Below, in pieces: positions 1 to 12,754 of a stretch of 64,000 nt of DNA. Every line of letters starts with the position of its first letter. Position 1 is the first letter of the stretch. This DNA is from Carcharhinus longimanus. Its lineage: Eukaryota. Location: assembly GCA_030264375.1 (NCBI GenBank), contig JASCQW010000190.1, positions 86,921,567 to 86,985,566 of the forward strand, given 5' to 3'. A model generated the notes under the pieces. The model did not search any database. It had not been told where the DNA came from and saw nothing but the letters and a program-made list of their open reading frames with translations. Both the position numbers and the translations under genes were made by a program.

Positions 1-315
1 CAACAGTCTGTTTGAGGCTGTATGGTTGTTTGAAGGCAAGAAGTGGGGGTGGGGATGGCCCTGGCAAGACGTTTGTCTTCATTAATGATGTGTTGAAGAC
101 TCCAGAGAAGATGTCGTAGCTTCTCCGCTCTGGGGAAGTACTGGACGACGAAGGGTACTCTGTCCCCTGTGTCCCGTGTTTGTCTTGTGAGGAGGTTGGT
201 GCGCTTTTTCGCTGTGGTGCGTCGGAACTGTGGATCGATGAGTGCCATATCCTGTTTTTATGAGGGTATCTTTCAGCGTCTGGAGGTGTCTGTTGCGATC
301 CTCCTCATCTGAGCA
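1..315 (-). mobile_element. Penelope-like retroelement fragment (RT thumb/linker region upstream of GIY-YIG), frameshifted
   Basis: The minus strand translates, with frameshifts, to CSDEEDRNRHLQTLKDTLIKTGY..LIDPQFRR..DRVPFVVQYFPRAEKLRHLL..LAFKQPYSLKQ. This resembles the C-terminal RT and linker region of vertebrate Penelope-like elements. It runs off the window edge. Confidence 0.75.
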
Positions 316-567
316 CCTATTAAACTACTTTGCCTAAAATGCTTTTCTTTTCAGATAATGTTTTTCTTTTCAGTAATGTTTTTTATGTACTCCTCCCAGA
401 AGCAAATTGTGACAAGATGCTTATGTTGTGGCAGTTTTAACTCTCGAAGAACTTAATATTTGAGCCTAAACTCAAAATCCAAAAGATGTATCTTAGCCAC
501 ATGATGAGAATATCCCTGTTAACAATGTTGAGCAGAAAAATCACATCAATTAATGTCGACCTTACAA

Positions 568-868
568 GGGGTGGCATGGTGGCACAAATCAAGCCTTGGG
601 TTACTGTCTGTGTGGAGTTTGCACGTTCCCCCTATGTCTGCGTGGCTTTCCTCCAGGTCCTCCTGTTTCCTCCCACACTCCAAAGATGCGCAGGTTAGAT
701 GGATTGGCCAAGCTCAACTGCCACATAATGTCCAAAAAATGTGTAGATAGTGAGGGAAATGAATGAAGTTACAGTAGAGTTTGGGGTGGAGGGTGGAGTT
801 GGCCTGGCTTGGTATGCCAGAGAGTGGGTGCAAAATCAGTGGGCCAAATAGGCTCCTTCTGCACTGAA
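568..868 (+). mobile_element. Elasmobranch tRNA-derived SINE (HE1-like)
   Basis: Has a GGTGGCATGGTGGCAC head, a TGTCTGTGTGGAGTTTGCACGTTC...TTTCCTCCCACACTCCAAAGATG core and a CR1-like tail (GGGCCAAATAGGCTCCTTCTGCACTG). The same core recurs many times in the window. Confidence 0.8.
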
Positions 869-1158
869 GTGGGAGTATATTTGGACTTTCTCGGCGGTTG
901 ATAAGATAAAAGTACATTTCTTTAAACAGAAAATATTGAGTCATAAATTAAAGAAATTCATTAAACCTTTTATTAATTTTTATAAATTTGTATGTGGTTT
1001 TTAATTTTACCCTCCTAATGACAGAGCAGAAATGAGGCATTTGCTGTTTTGGCTGTCGTGACTATGAACATGTGTCCAATTACAGAATTTCAGCTGTGTC
1101 CTTTTGTTTTAGTATGGTGTAATGTGAGCAGTAGCTCTCGTTATTTATCACCATTTAG

Positions 1159-1278
1159 GGTTAACAGTCGTATTTGTGGTGATGAGGATGTTGAGCCAGA
1201 GGAGCTGGAAACGGAAGGAGAGAGGCAGTTGCAAAACCTCTTGAAGCACCAGTTAGACACAACAGTAACCCTTGAAGA
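1159..1278 (+). CDS. RBM41: RBM41 coding exon (N-terminal; the start-codon exon lies upstream and was not identified)
   Basis: TTTAG acceptor and GTGAGT donor. Translates (R)VNSRICGDEDVEPEELETEGERQLQNLLKHQLDTTVTLE(E), matching the remembered RBM41 N-terminus (..EELETEGERQL..LL.HQLDT..). Confidence 0.92.
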
Positions 1279-1309
1279 GTGAGTATGCTCAAGTTTTAGC
1301 AGAATAACC

Positions 1310-1612
1310 TACATAGAAACATACATAGAAATTAGAAGCAGGGGTAGGCCATTTGGCCTTTTGAGTCTGCTCCACCGTTCATTATTATCATGGCTGATCA
1401 TCAAATTCATTGTCCTGATCCCACCCCACCCCATATTCTTTGCTACCTTTAACCCCAACAGCTATATCTAATTTGTTCTTGAAATCACCATGTTTTGGCC
1501 TCAAGCACTTTGTGGTAGTAAATTCTACAAATTCACCAAATTTCTCCTCACCTTAGTCCTAAAAAGTCCTTGTCCTCAAACCATGACCCCTAGTTCTGGA
1601 CTCCCCATAGGG
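1310..1612 (-). mobile_element. CR1-type LINE 3' end
   Basis: Reverse-oriented tail (ACATAGAAAC..GAAGCAGGGGTAGGCCATT) and RT C-terminus (GESRTRGHGLR). Confidence 0.7.
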
Positions 1613-2119
1613 TAATGGTGCTCTTTGGAAAGTCGTTGCAGACTCGATGGACTGAATGGCCTCCTTCTGCACTTGAGGGATTCTGTGGAACCCAAACAGA
1701 GCGTCAGCGAGTAGGTTATTGCTAAGCAAATGATGGGATGGGAATTGGCTGATTTTGAATTTGTCCTTTTTTTTATATATGGGATGTACTCGGGCAATTT
1801 TCCACATTGCTAGGCAGATGCCAGTGTTGTAGCTCTGTCTAGGGGCATGGCAAGATCTGGAGCACAAGTTTTCAGTCATTGCTGGAATATTGTCAGAGCC
1901 CATGGCTTTTGCAATATTCAGTACCTTAGGTTGTTTCTTGACATCATGTGGAGTGAATCGAATTGCCCGAAGACAGGCATCTGTGATGCTGCAGACCCCT
2001 GATGGAGGCTGTGGTCCTATTATTAAAGTTCCTTAGTCACTAATTAGTTCTTATTTAACCTACAATGTATTGATTTATTGCTGTTTTTCCTCAACTGAAG
2101 TTTCTCTTTTTTTTGCCAG

Positions 2120-2243
2120 ATGCATAGCTAAGAAGAAATGCTTTGCCCCGAGTGCTTTATACAAACCATTTGGGGAACAGGCAGCAGGAGTCCTGAGCTT
2201 GTCACAGTTTCAAACTCTGCAGGATGGAGAAGGGGAGATTGCT
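2120..2243 (+). CDS. RBM41: RBM41 coding exon (3' end lost in N gap)
   Basis: Poly-T..GCCAG acceptor, phase-compatible with the previous exon. Translates CIAKKKCFAPSALYKPFGEQAAGVLSLSQFQTLQDGEGEIA. Confidence 0.92.
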
Positions 2244-2385
2244 NNNNNNNNNNNNNNNNNNNNNNNNNNNNNNNNNNNNNNNNNNNNNNNNNNNNNNNNN
2301 NNNNNNNNNNNNNNNNNNNNNNNNNNNNNNNNNNNNNNNNNNNNNNNNNNNNNNNNNNNNNNNNNNNNNNNNNNNNNNNNNNNNN

Positions 2386-2456
2386 TCTTATTGAATGGCG
2401 GGGCAGGCTCGAAGGGCTAGATGGCCTACTCCTGCTCCTATTTCTTATGTTCTTAT
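2386..2456 (+). mobile_element. Young CR1-type LINE 3' tail next to an assembly gap
   Basis: CTTATTGAATGGCGGGGCAGGCTCGAAGGGCTAGATGGCCTACTCCTGCTCCTATTTCTTATGTTCTTA. Near-identical copies lie at about 14790, 25580, 54221, 55750(-) and 57520. Confidence 0.85.
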
Positions 2457-3527
2457 ATATGTACTTTTAATGTTGCAGAGTACAGATTTATCCTTTAAAT
2501 TATATAGATCAGATGAATGTATCTCTGAAGCCATGGTCAAATTTATGATTTGGTTCAATACTACTTGAGTTTAAATCTGTAAATTGTAAACTGCAGTTTG
2601 CAGGTTTATTTGTGGACGGGAGTGGAAGTTGGAATGTGAAATGCAGCTAATGAAGATGATGGTGTGACCTTTGTTTTCTCCAAGCATTTTTAGCAATTCA
2701 AAGTGCTGTGATACCTAGCCATGGTCATTGGAAACTTGTAGAAGATAACTATACATCATGAACATTTCAGAGTACAATTTATGATGTCAATCTAAAAAGG
2801 AATGTTCACACTGAGAATTACACCCAAATATGAATCGTTGACAAACTATTAAGAACAAACTATCTGCACAGCCGCATTTCAGTACTATAAGATATTCACA
2901 TTAATGTGATTTTGGACTTTGAAATATGGGTCACTCTTGGGCTATGGATCTTTAACAATTTGTGCTAGTAATATTGAGGCACAATTGGTATGACAAACAT
3001 CTTCACAGTAAATTGAAGAGTGGGTTATGAAAGGTAATAAGTTTTTGGGATGTTGTAAATTCAAAAAGGTGAAGGAACAACAGTGATTATCAGTATGAAG
3101 TATTTTTTGATAGAGAAGACTTAAAATTGCTTTCGGGTTGAATTTAGGAGTCGGGGGAGGAGTTGTAGGTGATCATGGTGGTATAGATACTGTTGCAGTA
3201 ATGTATTATTAGCATCACAGCCAATTGCAGGTATTAACACTGGTATGTTGTAATCACTCAACTTTTAAATATTTAATTATTCTTCCATTCTTATTTCTGA
3301 ATTTTTTTTGTGTACAATTCTTGAATAAGAGTGTATGCAATAGTCAAGCTGTTATCAAACTGATCAGTTGAAATTTCATAAATAAAACTTTTTTTTTAAT
3401 CCTAACCTAATGGCCTGTCTTCTTTTTCATGCCTCCCTGTTGTGTAAAAGTTGAAATCTGGCATGTGGCACTAGAGGATTGGAGACAGACCCCACATTTT
3501 GAAAGCCAAATCAATTTGTGTTTAAAG

Positions 3528-3732
3528 TTCTCAGGGCTTGGAGCAGATCCAGCAGCAGTGCAACAAAGACTCCATGCTATTGAAGAGAAAATTGAGGAGC
3601 GGCAGCGACTCCTATCACTGCCACAGAGATTCGCAGGAAGTAAACAACTGAACAGGAGGGAGATGGAGATTGAAAATGCTATGTTCCAGGGAACTGACCG
3701 TTACACCTTTTTGAAAGCTCTATATTACCAAG
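3528..3732 (+). CDS. RBM41: RBM41 coding exon
   Basis: Translates FSGLGADPAAVQQRLHAIEEKIEERQRLLSLPQRFAGSKQLNRREMEIENAMFQGTDRYTFLKALYYQ. Donor is G|GTATAG. The acceptor is most likely AAAG at 3527; an alternative CAG at 3534 cannot be excluded. Confidence 0.9.
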
Positions 3733-5918
3733 GTATAGATACTTGTTATTAAATATGTTTAGCTTTTCTCCCTCTTTTTTTTGTTTTCAGTAAATCATTT
3801 CCTAGACACAAAAGAAAGGAAGCAGCCTGTTCCCAAGCTTCTGCTCAGGGAGATAAGTAAGAGTAGTCTAGCATAACTTCCTTGTATTTTTTTTTCCTTG
3901 AAGTGAAGGAAATGGTTGACTTGTTAATGATATGGATGAGATGTGGAATTTGCCATGTGGAAGATCTTATGTGCTAACTTGTGTCTTAATACACTGGAGC
4001 AGGGATTTGGAGCAGTAGCGATTTAAAGACTCAACATTATCACTTTTAGTTACACAGAGAACTTGAAACCCTTCAGTTTGGAAGTCAGAAAGCTGTGTCG
4101 TTCAATGTTGTTCTTTGACTCTAGCCAATTTTGTGGTCAAATGAATGATTTCTTGTCCATGCTTTATTTAAAAAAAAACTAACAAAGACCTGTTCTATGA
4201 ATTTGTATGTTTCTGTGATTCTGCTTTATAATATTATTGTTCTGTACCCTTGCAGAATATTTGTGACAAATAACTGGCAAATTCCAGAGTAGTGGACACA
4301 GAACATGGTACTGTATGACTTTGTGCCAGTCATCGTCTGAATGCTGTTGGTTAATTGTATTTTTTGTTTAAGTTTTCTTGTTTTCTCCCAATTTTGTTCC
4401 CTGAAATTTCTGCAAAGTCATGCCCCTGCCCCAGCTACACCCATGGCCTGGAGACCTGATCCAAATGCTCTGCCAAAGTTACTCCATAACTGGATGTGTT
4501 AGGACTGACTTCTGCTTTTTTTTTCCTTCCCTGGTTTCTACATTCACGACAGCAGCATTGAGATTTGAAACCATCATCTTGGGAATTGAAGGCATAAACC
4601 TGTGTTCCACATCTTATAGACAGCATCCCGTGATTCAAAAACATTCAGTTGCTTGTCCTCATGACATGCTCCTATCTGTTAGGATGTGAACAGAGGTGAG
4701 GTGTGACTCCAGCAAAAGGAAAAGCAAATTGGAGTGTCAGTCACAGTTGCAACACTGAGTCACTGGTTTTAGAATGGCTTGGGTGGAAACCTTGGAACAG
4801 GTTGACTGGCCAAACTCCTGATTAGGGAATGAAATAGGACATAAAGGACTGAAACAAATGGCCAAAATAGCTTGCATAATGGTATCGGAGGAACTACCTA
4901 GTTGGCTGCTTCTAAATAGACCAGATACTGTTAACTTCTGATGATGTCCTTACCTTCAAGCATTTCACTCCTCACCATTATCTTCTAGCTCATTATTGAT
5001 TTGCTCTCTTGCTGAACACTACTCCCTATGGATTCCCTGCCCAATTGTGTGCAATTGATATTAAAGTGAAAACTTTGTTGACTTGGTGGTATGGTCCTGT
5101 CTCAACCACATGAGACAATGTTATGGGAGCTTCGACCATCTTTTTATGGTCTGACTTGACTTTACCTAGCATTCAACTAGATATTGAACTCCCCTGGTGT
5201 TTTTGACAATGCAAACTTTGTGTTTGTAACATTTGTCACCCTTTGGAGCATCTGTTTTTTATGTTTTGAATTTTATTATTTTAGATTTATCCAATTGTTA
5301 TAATTTTGGCTCAGTTCATATTTTCCAAAGTGGAAAAATATTTATGAATTATGGTGTTTGCCAATGCATTATAAGGTATTTTTATTAACCTCAATATGTT
5401 AACATACATGTAGAAATTAAATATACTTTTTGTCTCTATAAACATGGTTCTTTGCTACTCTCAGTTTCTTGAATGCACAAAGTAATTAGAAGTTATTTAG
5501 TCACTCAACCCTTATACTAAATGAGCTGTGGTACAAAGAATTGAAAACTATCCACTTTTACTGGTGTTTTATTGAATTCTATTTTCGTTGAAAGCCATGC
5601 CAAATGTGGCACCACAGTAGTTGGAATCTCAGGTTTCCTTTGGGTTTCAGTTGCCACTGAGGGGTGGGAGAGTCATCCTTGGCTTACTGTCATGTGTTTA
5701 TATTCCCTAGTAGAGTTCTTGGATATTGGGGTGGTTAGTAACAGATCAGATTAGATCATCTCAGCCACAGGACAGATTTGGCCCAAGGGAATGGGGAGGG
5801 GGAATGTGGCAGATGGAATGGTGAAATGCCTGATCCAAGTGTCTTCTTTGACATAACTTAGTTCTGCTTTTCTCTGGATTTGGCATGGGTAAATGTAACT
5901 CTTTTTTTTCCACTTCAG

Positions 5919-5985
5919 ATGAAAAGTCCGTAAAAGACCAGAATGATCCTATCAATCAATTAGAAATGATGTTACTAAAATTCAA
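5919..5985 (+). CDS. RBM41: RBM41 coding exon (5' part; remainder in N gap)
   Basis: TTTTTTTTCCACTTCAG acceptor, phase 1. Translates (D)EKSVKDQNDPINQLEMMLLKF, comparable to RBM41 DEP....DPMNNLE. The last few bases before the gap are less reliable. Confidence 0.8.
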
Positions 5986-7669
5986 NNNNNNNNNNNNNNN
6001 NNNNNNNNNNNNNNNNNNNNNNNNNNNNNNNNNNNNNNNNNNNNNNNNNNNNNNNNNNNNNNNNNNNNNNNNNNNNNNNNNNNNNNNNNNNNNNNNNNNN
6101 NNNNNNNNNNNNNNNNNNNNNNNNNNNNNNNNNNNNNNNNNNNNNNNNNNNNNNNNNNNNNNNNNNNNNNNNNNNNNNNNNNNNNNNNNNNNNNNNNNNN
6201 NNNNNNNNNNNNNNNNNNNNNNNNNNNNNNNNNNNNNNNNNNNNNNNNNNNNNNNNNNNNNNNNNNNNNNNNNNNNNNNNNNNNNNNNNNNNNNNNNNNN
6301 NNNNNNNNNNNNNNNNNNNNNNNNNNNNNNNNNNNNNNNNNNNNNNNNNNNNNNNNNNNNNNNNNNNNNNNNNNNNNNNNNNNNNNNNNNNNNNNNNNNN
6401 NNNNNNNNNNNNNNNNNNNNNNNNNNNNNNNNNNNNNNNNNNNNNNNNNNNNNNNNNNNNNNNNNNNNNNNNNNNNNNNNNNNNNNNNNNNNNNNNNNNN
6501 NNNNNNNNNNNNNNNNNNNNNNNNNNNNNNNNNNNNNNNNNNNNNNNNNNNNNNNNNNNNNNNNNNNNNNNNNNNNNNNNNNNNNNNNNNNNNNNNNNNN
6601 NNNNNNNNNNNNNNNNNNNNNNNNNNNNNNNNNNNNNNNNNNNNNNNNNNNNNNNNNNNNNNNNNNNNNNNNNNNNNNNNNNNNNNNNNNNNNNNNNNNN
6701 NNNNNNNNNNNNNNNNNNNNNNNNNNNNNNNNNNNNNNNNNNNNNNNNNGTAAGCCTACTTGTGACTAATAAATAAACTTTAATAAAATAAACAAACTTC
6801 ACTGTTCAGTGACAAAGAAACTGAAATAATCGGCAGCTATATTTATTCTTTTTAAAATAATTGCCATCAAGATAAATAATGTTGCTCAGCAATGATTCTT
6901 TTTTAGGGAACAAGTATAAGATGGCTTTCCTGTGTCAAATGCGGCATGGGTAGATACAGAATAAATGTTCCTCAGATCTTCAATTAACAAAGTCTTTTCA
7001 CCCTGAACATTCCTATTACATGATTGTGATATTTTTCACTTTGGCTATCAACCACTTTTCTTAGCTGAATGACCAGTATACTAAATTACAGTTAGTGTTA
7101 TGCTGTGGGTTTGAACTGACCAGAAATTGGGTTGGGACTCATTTATCACGTTCTCAATTTTCCCCTTCTTACAAAATAGGTTTTGAAAATCCAAGCCTAG
7201 ATCGCCCACTCTCTAAAGTTTTTCATGTCTTTTATGATACAATTTTTTTAAGTTTATTTATTAGTAAAGTAGGCTTACATTAATGTTATTGTCTGATTGG
7301 CTGTTTACCAACATACACAATCTAAAATACAAGCCTTTGAGACGCACTTTCTACTGTGCAGTGATTCTGATCCTTTGTGTTCAAAATGCTTCATCAGTCA
7401 TATTATGGACTTTGCTTCTGATTACATATTTTCAAGGATGCCATGGGTTGGGAAAGAAGTTTAAAAACAACTGTTAGGTGAGTCATTCCCAACACATTTG
7501 AAAAACCTACTACAGTAAAGTACTTTTTGAAGTAGCAGAAGACCTTTTAAAGTTGTAGGTAGCAATAAAAGCATTTTTAAAAACAAATATTTTCATCTTG
7601 TATAAACGGTTTACACAATGCTCCAGATAAGATCAGACTTGCAGATTAATATGTAGCTGAACTACATAA

Positions 7670-8442
7670 TGTTAGCGGGGTTTGCAAGGTGGCTGGGTAT
7701 CGCTGAAACTTCACCTAATACAAAGACTCAAAAGCGAGTGTTCCAGTTTAAAGACGTATCTTTTATTTGACCAGCGAGTCACAGGAGGAGCTTATTGAAG
7801 AGTCCTAGGCCCCTCCCGATGTAGAGCAGCCTGAAATCTCTAATAAACTCTGACATTTGGTTTAGGAAAGATTAGTTATACATTTTTCTTATCAAATTCT
7901 CCTCTTTTATTAGCTTTGAATCAATCATCTTCAATACACAAATCCTTAATAACACCTGTTGCATACTTTAGCAATTGCATTTTACCATCTGACATGATGG
8001 GATTTCATTGATCTGTGGAATCCGGATGCCTCCTCCCCCTATTGCTGACTAAACTTCATTTATTGCTTGGCAATCCCAGATGCTGAGGTCAAAGTTATTT
8101 TTTCCACTATTTTCCTCCATGTCACCAGCCAAATCAGACATTTCTCATGTCTGAGAAGGCATAGTCTTGTCTGGATAGTGAATAACTCTATTCATAAGCA
8201 ACCCTGAGAAACTTACCGCTAGCAGTTCTCATTGATAAGAACTTGCATGTTGAGTTTTCATGATTTCCTAAGAATGTGGTTCTTTCTGAAAATCCCCATA
8301 CCATCAGGCCTTGCAGCAACTTGCTCTTGGCTAAAGTGTCCAATCATTCTATAAAAATACAGTTAATACATTTAAAATATCAAAATGTGTTTAAATCTCT
8401 TACTGCATTCACGTGTGTAAACTATTCCCTTGTTAGCTTACA
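7670..8442. mobile_element. Possible solo LTR
   Basis: Bounded by TGTTAGC...GCTTACA (imperfect inverted termini, TG..CA) and contains TTTATT/AATAAA. No target-site duplication was found. Confidence 0.3.
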
Positions 8443-9490
8443 AGTCTGATTTAGAATCATTTAGCTCAGTGCTGGTAGTTCTGTCAGCATCTTAAATATC
8501 TAATGGTTTAAAATTCTCTCTAATCTACTAGAATTTTTTTTCCTTTCCCTAACACATAATCAGCCATGTATTCTGTTTCAGTTCATCAATAAGCCCAGCC
8601 TGGATTGAGATGACAAATTCCAAAGAGGAAAGACCATCTTAGGCTTTACCTTTCATATATACCTGTATTAAGACATCAAACTGTCTCTTGAATGATTCCG
8701 TATTCCTAAGGATTAATCTTTTCTGTTGCACTCAGTATCTTATATATGGATATAATGAATTCCTCCTAATTGTTCCCATTCAAAGCTGAAGGATCCAAGT
8801 TTTCTGATCTTTCTCATGCCATAGTCTTGTGATTCTTGGAATAAGCCCTGGGGCCGCCTTTGCACCATTTCCATTGCTTACCTGTGTCTCTTGTACCACA
8901 GGGACTGAAAACACCATTCAAGATGCATCCAGGCCAGAACGTTGTACAGTTTTAGTATCTTAGCCTCAGAATCATACACTAGAAATTTGGAAGACAGTAC
9001 AAGTGTCTAATATCAGCCAAGCCAGAAGGCTGATTGGCATGTGATGTGGAAATAGTACTTTGGGGCCAGAAAAGAGGTTGGAGTAATGAAGGCATATTCT
9101 TGCATCTAAGCTTCATTCTGAACTCAGTGAAGGTCCACAGATGTAACTCAGATAAGACCATTCAATATCTTTCAGAAATGTGAATCTTTATGTTGTTGTC
9201 TACATATTCCATAGGCACTGTTAATTAAAGAGCCCCAGCCGCTATCTTAGCTAATATTTTCTGACTTGGTATCTGCCAGGGATTAATCTCCATTTAGATG
9301 GAGAAAACTATTTTTAGTGGGAAAGTTGAATTGTATTTTGTAGCTCGATTGTGGGGATTGTAACAAAATTTAGTCTGATCATGTAAATGTAACAGTAAAG
9401 TGACAGGATACTGTATGGTGTGATTCAAATTTCCAGTTGCACATTTACTTCACAGTGCTTTATTTTTTTCCTTTTCCCATCTTGTCTCAG

Positions 9491-9638
9491 GTGCTGTACT
9501 TGAAAAACCTGAATCCAAAAGCCACGCTGGAGGATTTATTTTCCTTATTTGTTTCTTTCCAACAAAAAGACAGCCCTCAGCTCCTTTTCCGGTTATTGAC
9601 GGGCCGAATGAAAGGACAAGCATTCATCACCTTTCCAA
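9491..9638 (+). CDS. RBM41: RBM41 RRM exon (RNP2 and RNP1)
   Basis: TCTCAG acceptor and A|GTATGC donor. Translates VLYLKNLNPKATLEDLFSLFVSFQQKDSPQLLFRLLTGRMKGQAFITFP, with LYLKNL (RNP2) and RMKGQAFITF (RNP1) typical of RBM41/RNPC3. Confidence 0.95.
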
Positions 9639-10876
9639 GTATGCATTACTGCACGATTAGGTAGTTTCTCAGAGTTTATTACAATGGTGCTTTGCTTATT
9701 AAACTTCAAACTGCAAAGTGTATTTATTACATCTTTTATTTGACTGTAATAGTCCAAATATGTTTTAGAAAACCAGTTTCAGTCAGCATTATCTCTAGGA
9801 GATGAATGTAGGTTGGATGAAACTTTAATTCTTAGTCAGAGGTGATATTGGATTGACAGCCTATTTATAAATCCAACTCAATTTTCCTCAGTTGCTTGAA
9901 TGAAGACCAGCTCGTTTATATTTATAAGTACAGCTAACAGCAGAACTGTGTGTGATTGTTGTCAGTTGTTTTTAATGAAAAACTGCATTAATAATAGTAA
10001 TTTTTGACGTGCCATCGATCGTTTAGGTAGCTTTTGGTATTGAGTTCAAAACGCAAGAGGATGCCAGTATACTTTCTAAAATTGCTTATATGCATATCAA
10101 CAGACTTTGTGTAAATTTCCCCCATGGTCAAATATATAGAGGCACTGCCCTGGTGTTAAGCCATACAGACTCTATTTCTAGCTTGTGCCGAGACCAATGC
10201 CGAGATTTTACCTGTGCTGAGAGTGAGAAATTAAGATAGGATTCTTGCAGCTGTAACCCAATGAGTCTTGCCAGAAATTATGTACATGTTGACATGGAGA
10301 CCTAGATGAGGCTTGGTTCTGATTGTTTTCACGGTCGAGTAGCCTGCCAACTGTCTCAGTTCATTCACGTTTATACTTGTGGAACTTGGGGTAATGAAGG
10401 CACGTTCTACTCCATAGGCACTGATAGTTAAAGAGCCCCAGCTGCTATCTTAACTAATATTTTCTGACTTGAGTCAGTTTCTTCAAGAAAGGAAGAGCAA
10501 AAATTGCAGACAGCAGAGGGGTTGGTAAACCAAAATTAGCGATATGAGAATGTCTTGCACCCTGCGTGAACAACGTGAACACCTGCTCCCGAGTATTAGT
10601 TTCCCTTAGCCATAACTATTGTACACGCTAATGTGCGGTATTTGTTTATGCAATATTGTTTTAGGCACAGGATCTTGAATTCTAAACAAACCAATAATAT
10701 TGCAGTCTTTATACATGAATATATTTCTGTTGTTCCAATATTTTGCATTCACGGAATGGCAGGATTAAACTTAAATATGGTGTAATTTTTATTTCTGCTG
10801 GGTGTGGAACCTACAATGCCCAAACATCCTGAGCAAGTTATTTCAGTTTAACTTTTAGTTGTGACATTCTTTTTAG

Positions 10877-10977
10877 GTGTGGAGATGGCCATGGAAGCAC
10901 TGAACATGGTGAATGGCTACAATTTGATGGGCAAGCCAATAATCATAGAGTATGGACAGAATCGATTGGACCACTGA
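10877..10977 (+). CDS. RBM41: RBM41 last coding exon
   Basis: TTCTTTTTAG acceptor, phase 1. Translates (S)VEMAMEALNMVNGYNLMGKPIIIEYGQNRLDH*, which completes the RRM. Confidence 0.93.
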
Positions 10978-12748
10978 CTTGTGTTTGCAGAATGTGGCCA
11001 ATGAAAAGAGTTTCAGCACAATGAGATTGCTAGTCACTGGGACCACAGGCACAATGGAGTATTGGAAAGTGTTCAGCTATCTGCAGTGGATAGATTTTCA
11101 ACACTGAACCAAGATTAATTACTTTATGGAAATGACCCTCATCTGTACATAACCCATACCTTCACTCGTTTATGTTTCTTTTGGTAAAAATCACCTTTGA
11201 GTTTCCCAATGGTAAATACACCACGTGATGTGGTACTGAGCTACGTATAGAATGAGGAAAATTCCCAGTTTAATCCGTAGTGCTCAGTCTTTCCCAGTGA
11301 AGGTTGCATCTCGAGAGCTGCAGCTGATTATACCATTCCTTTGCTTGGGATGTGAAAAGGATTACCTTGAGTTTCAGGCTCTTGATCCAGTACATGATGC
11401 CTCTTTGCAATGAAGTCCCTTCAGTAAAGGCACCCCATACAGGAAGATTTGACAATATTGATACTCTAGGCTCAAAGGATGAATGGCTTTGATGCAAGGT
11501 GCCAGTGGGTGTTTGGCATAACAGAACTCTGGTAACAGTCACTGCTTCATTTCAGACGGAAGAAAACTGGGGCATTCTTTTTGAAAGAAGGATTATATCA
11601 TTTCTAACAAAATTTAGCTCATAATTAAACAACAGACATTTTATTTATGCCCATACTGCTTCATAATCATTCACACACAAGTAACTAGCACCAAGAAATG
11701 TCTTTTTTTAAACTTCCAAATTAACTTAAGACAAAAAAAAGTCCTCATTAGAATGTATTTCTTCCAATGAAGTTCATTTAACGTGAGGTTTGGACACACA
11801 AGGAGTGACTAATTAAACGTAAAAGTTTAAAGAAGAGCAGATCCAGTGTGAAGAAACAGCAGTGCTTTTTGCTGCTTTTCAGTCTTGCCAAACCTGGAAA
11901 GTGTTCAACTCAAACTCATTGTGGTGTGAAATTATCCAGCAAATTTAACTTCATCTCTTATTTTATCCCAATTGTGCCAAGGAATTTACTCTGCAATGGA
12001 CATAAAATGTAGAAAAACACATCCTTGCCACATTAAAAGTGTAAATTTGGGCATATTTTGTGGATATTTGTGTTTATTATTAAGATTTAGAAAATAGAAT
12101 TCACAGCCAGATGAAATAAGCTTTCTTGATGAATTACAATCTAGAAATTATCATACTTGTGAACATAATTCTGACCCATTATGGTGATTTGAATTTGCTG
12201 TGGTTGAAGTTGTCAAGCATTGAAACAGTTGTTTGAAGGAGCAGCATAGTGTTCTGCCCTGAGATCAAAACTCAGCTAACAGGATGGATTTTTATGCTTT
12301 TTTAATACCTACTCACTTTGGATCACTGCCTAGACTGACAAGAGATGAACTGATTTCCTATACATTCAGCTAGCGAGTGTGCTTTGGTTGCAAGTAACTA
12401 AGGAATGTGAAAATAAAATGTTTTTCAAGAAGTTTTTAATTCCTTCATTCCTGCAAGTTGTAGCTCATAAATTAACTGGACCAAATTAACTGGTCGTCAT
12501 CTTTAAAACTAAGTAGCTGTTGTAGATGAAAGTATTCATGTCATTATGTTACTTTTTGCTGTAGCTATTTGAACTGGTGTTACCTATCTGTCATGATTAA
12601 AGAGTTATGTAATTGTTCAAAGAAAATAGACAAAATACATGGATAGAGCATATATATTGAGTGTTTGGATATTATTAAATTTAATCCCATGACAGTTTCC
12701 AGGAAAATTGTCTTTTCATTGTCACTTGTTAGTTATTTTATTTGGACA

Positions 12749-12754
12749 AATAAA
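12749..12754 (+). terminator. Candidate RBM41 polyadenylation signal
   Basis: AATAAA followed about 20 nt later by a U/GU-rich tract (TTTTGAGTTTGTTTTATTTTT). Another AATAAA lies at 12412. Confidence 0.5.

Noticed and set aside
5885-6802. Long ORFs of 294 aa and 275 aa in the ORF track
   Set aside because: They consist almost entirely of Ns. Only 5919-5985 is a real exon fragment.
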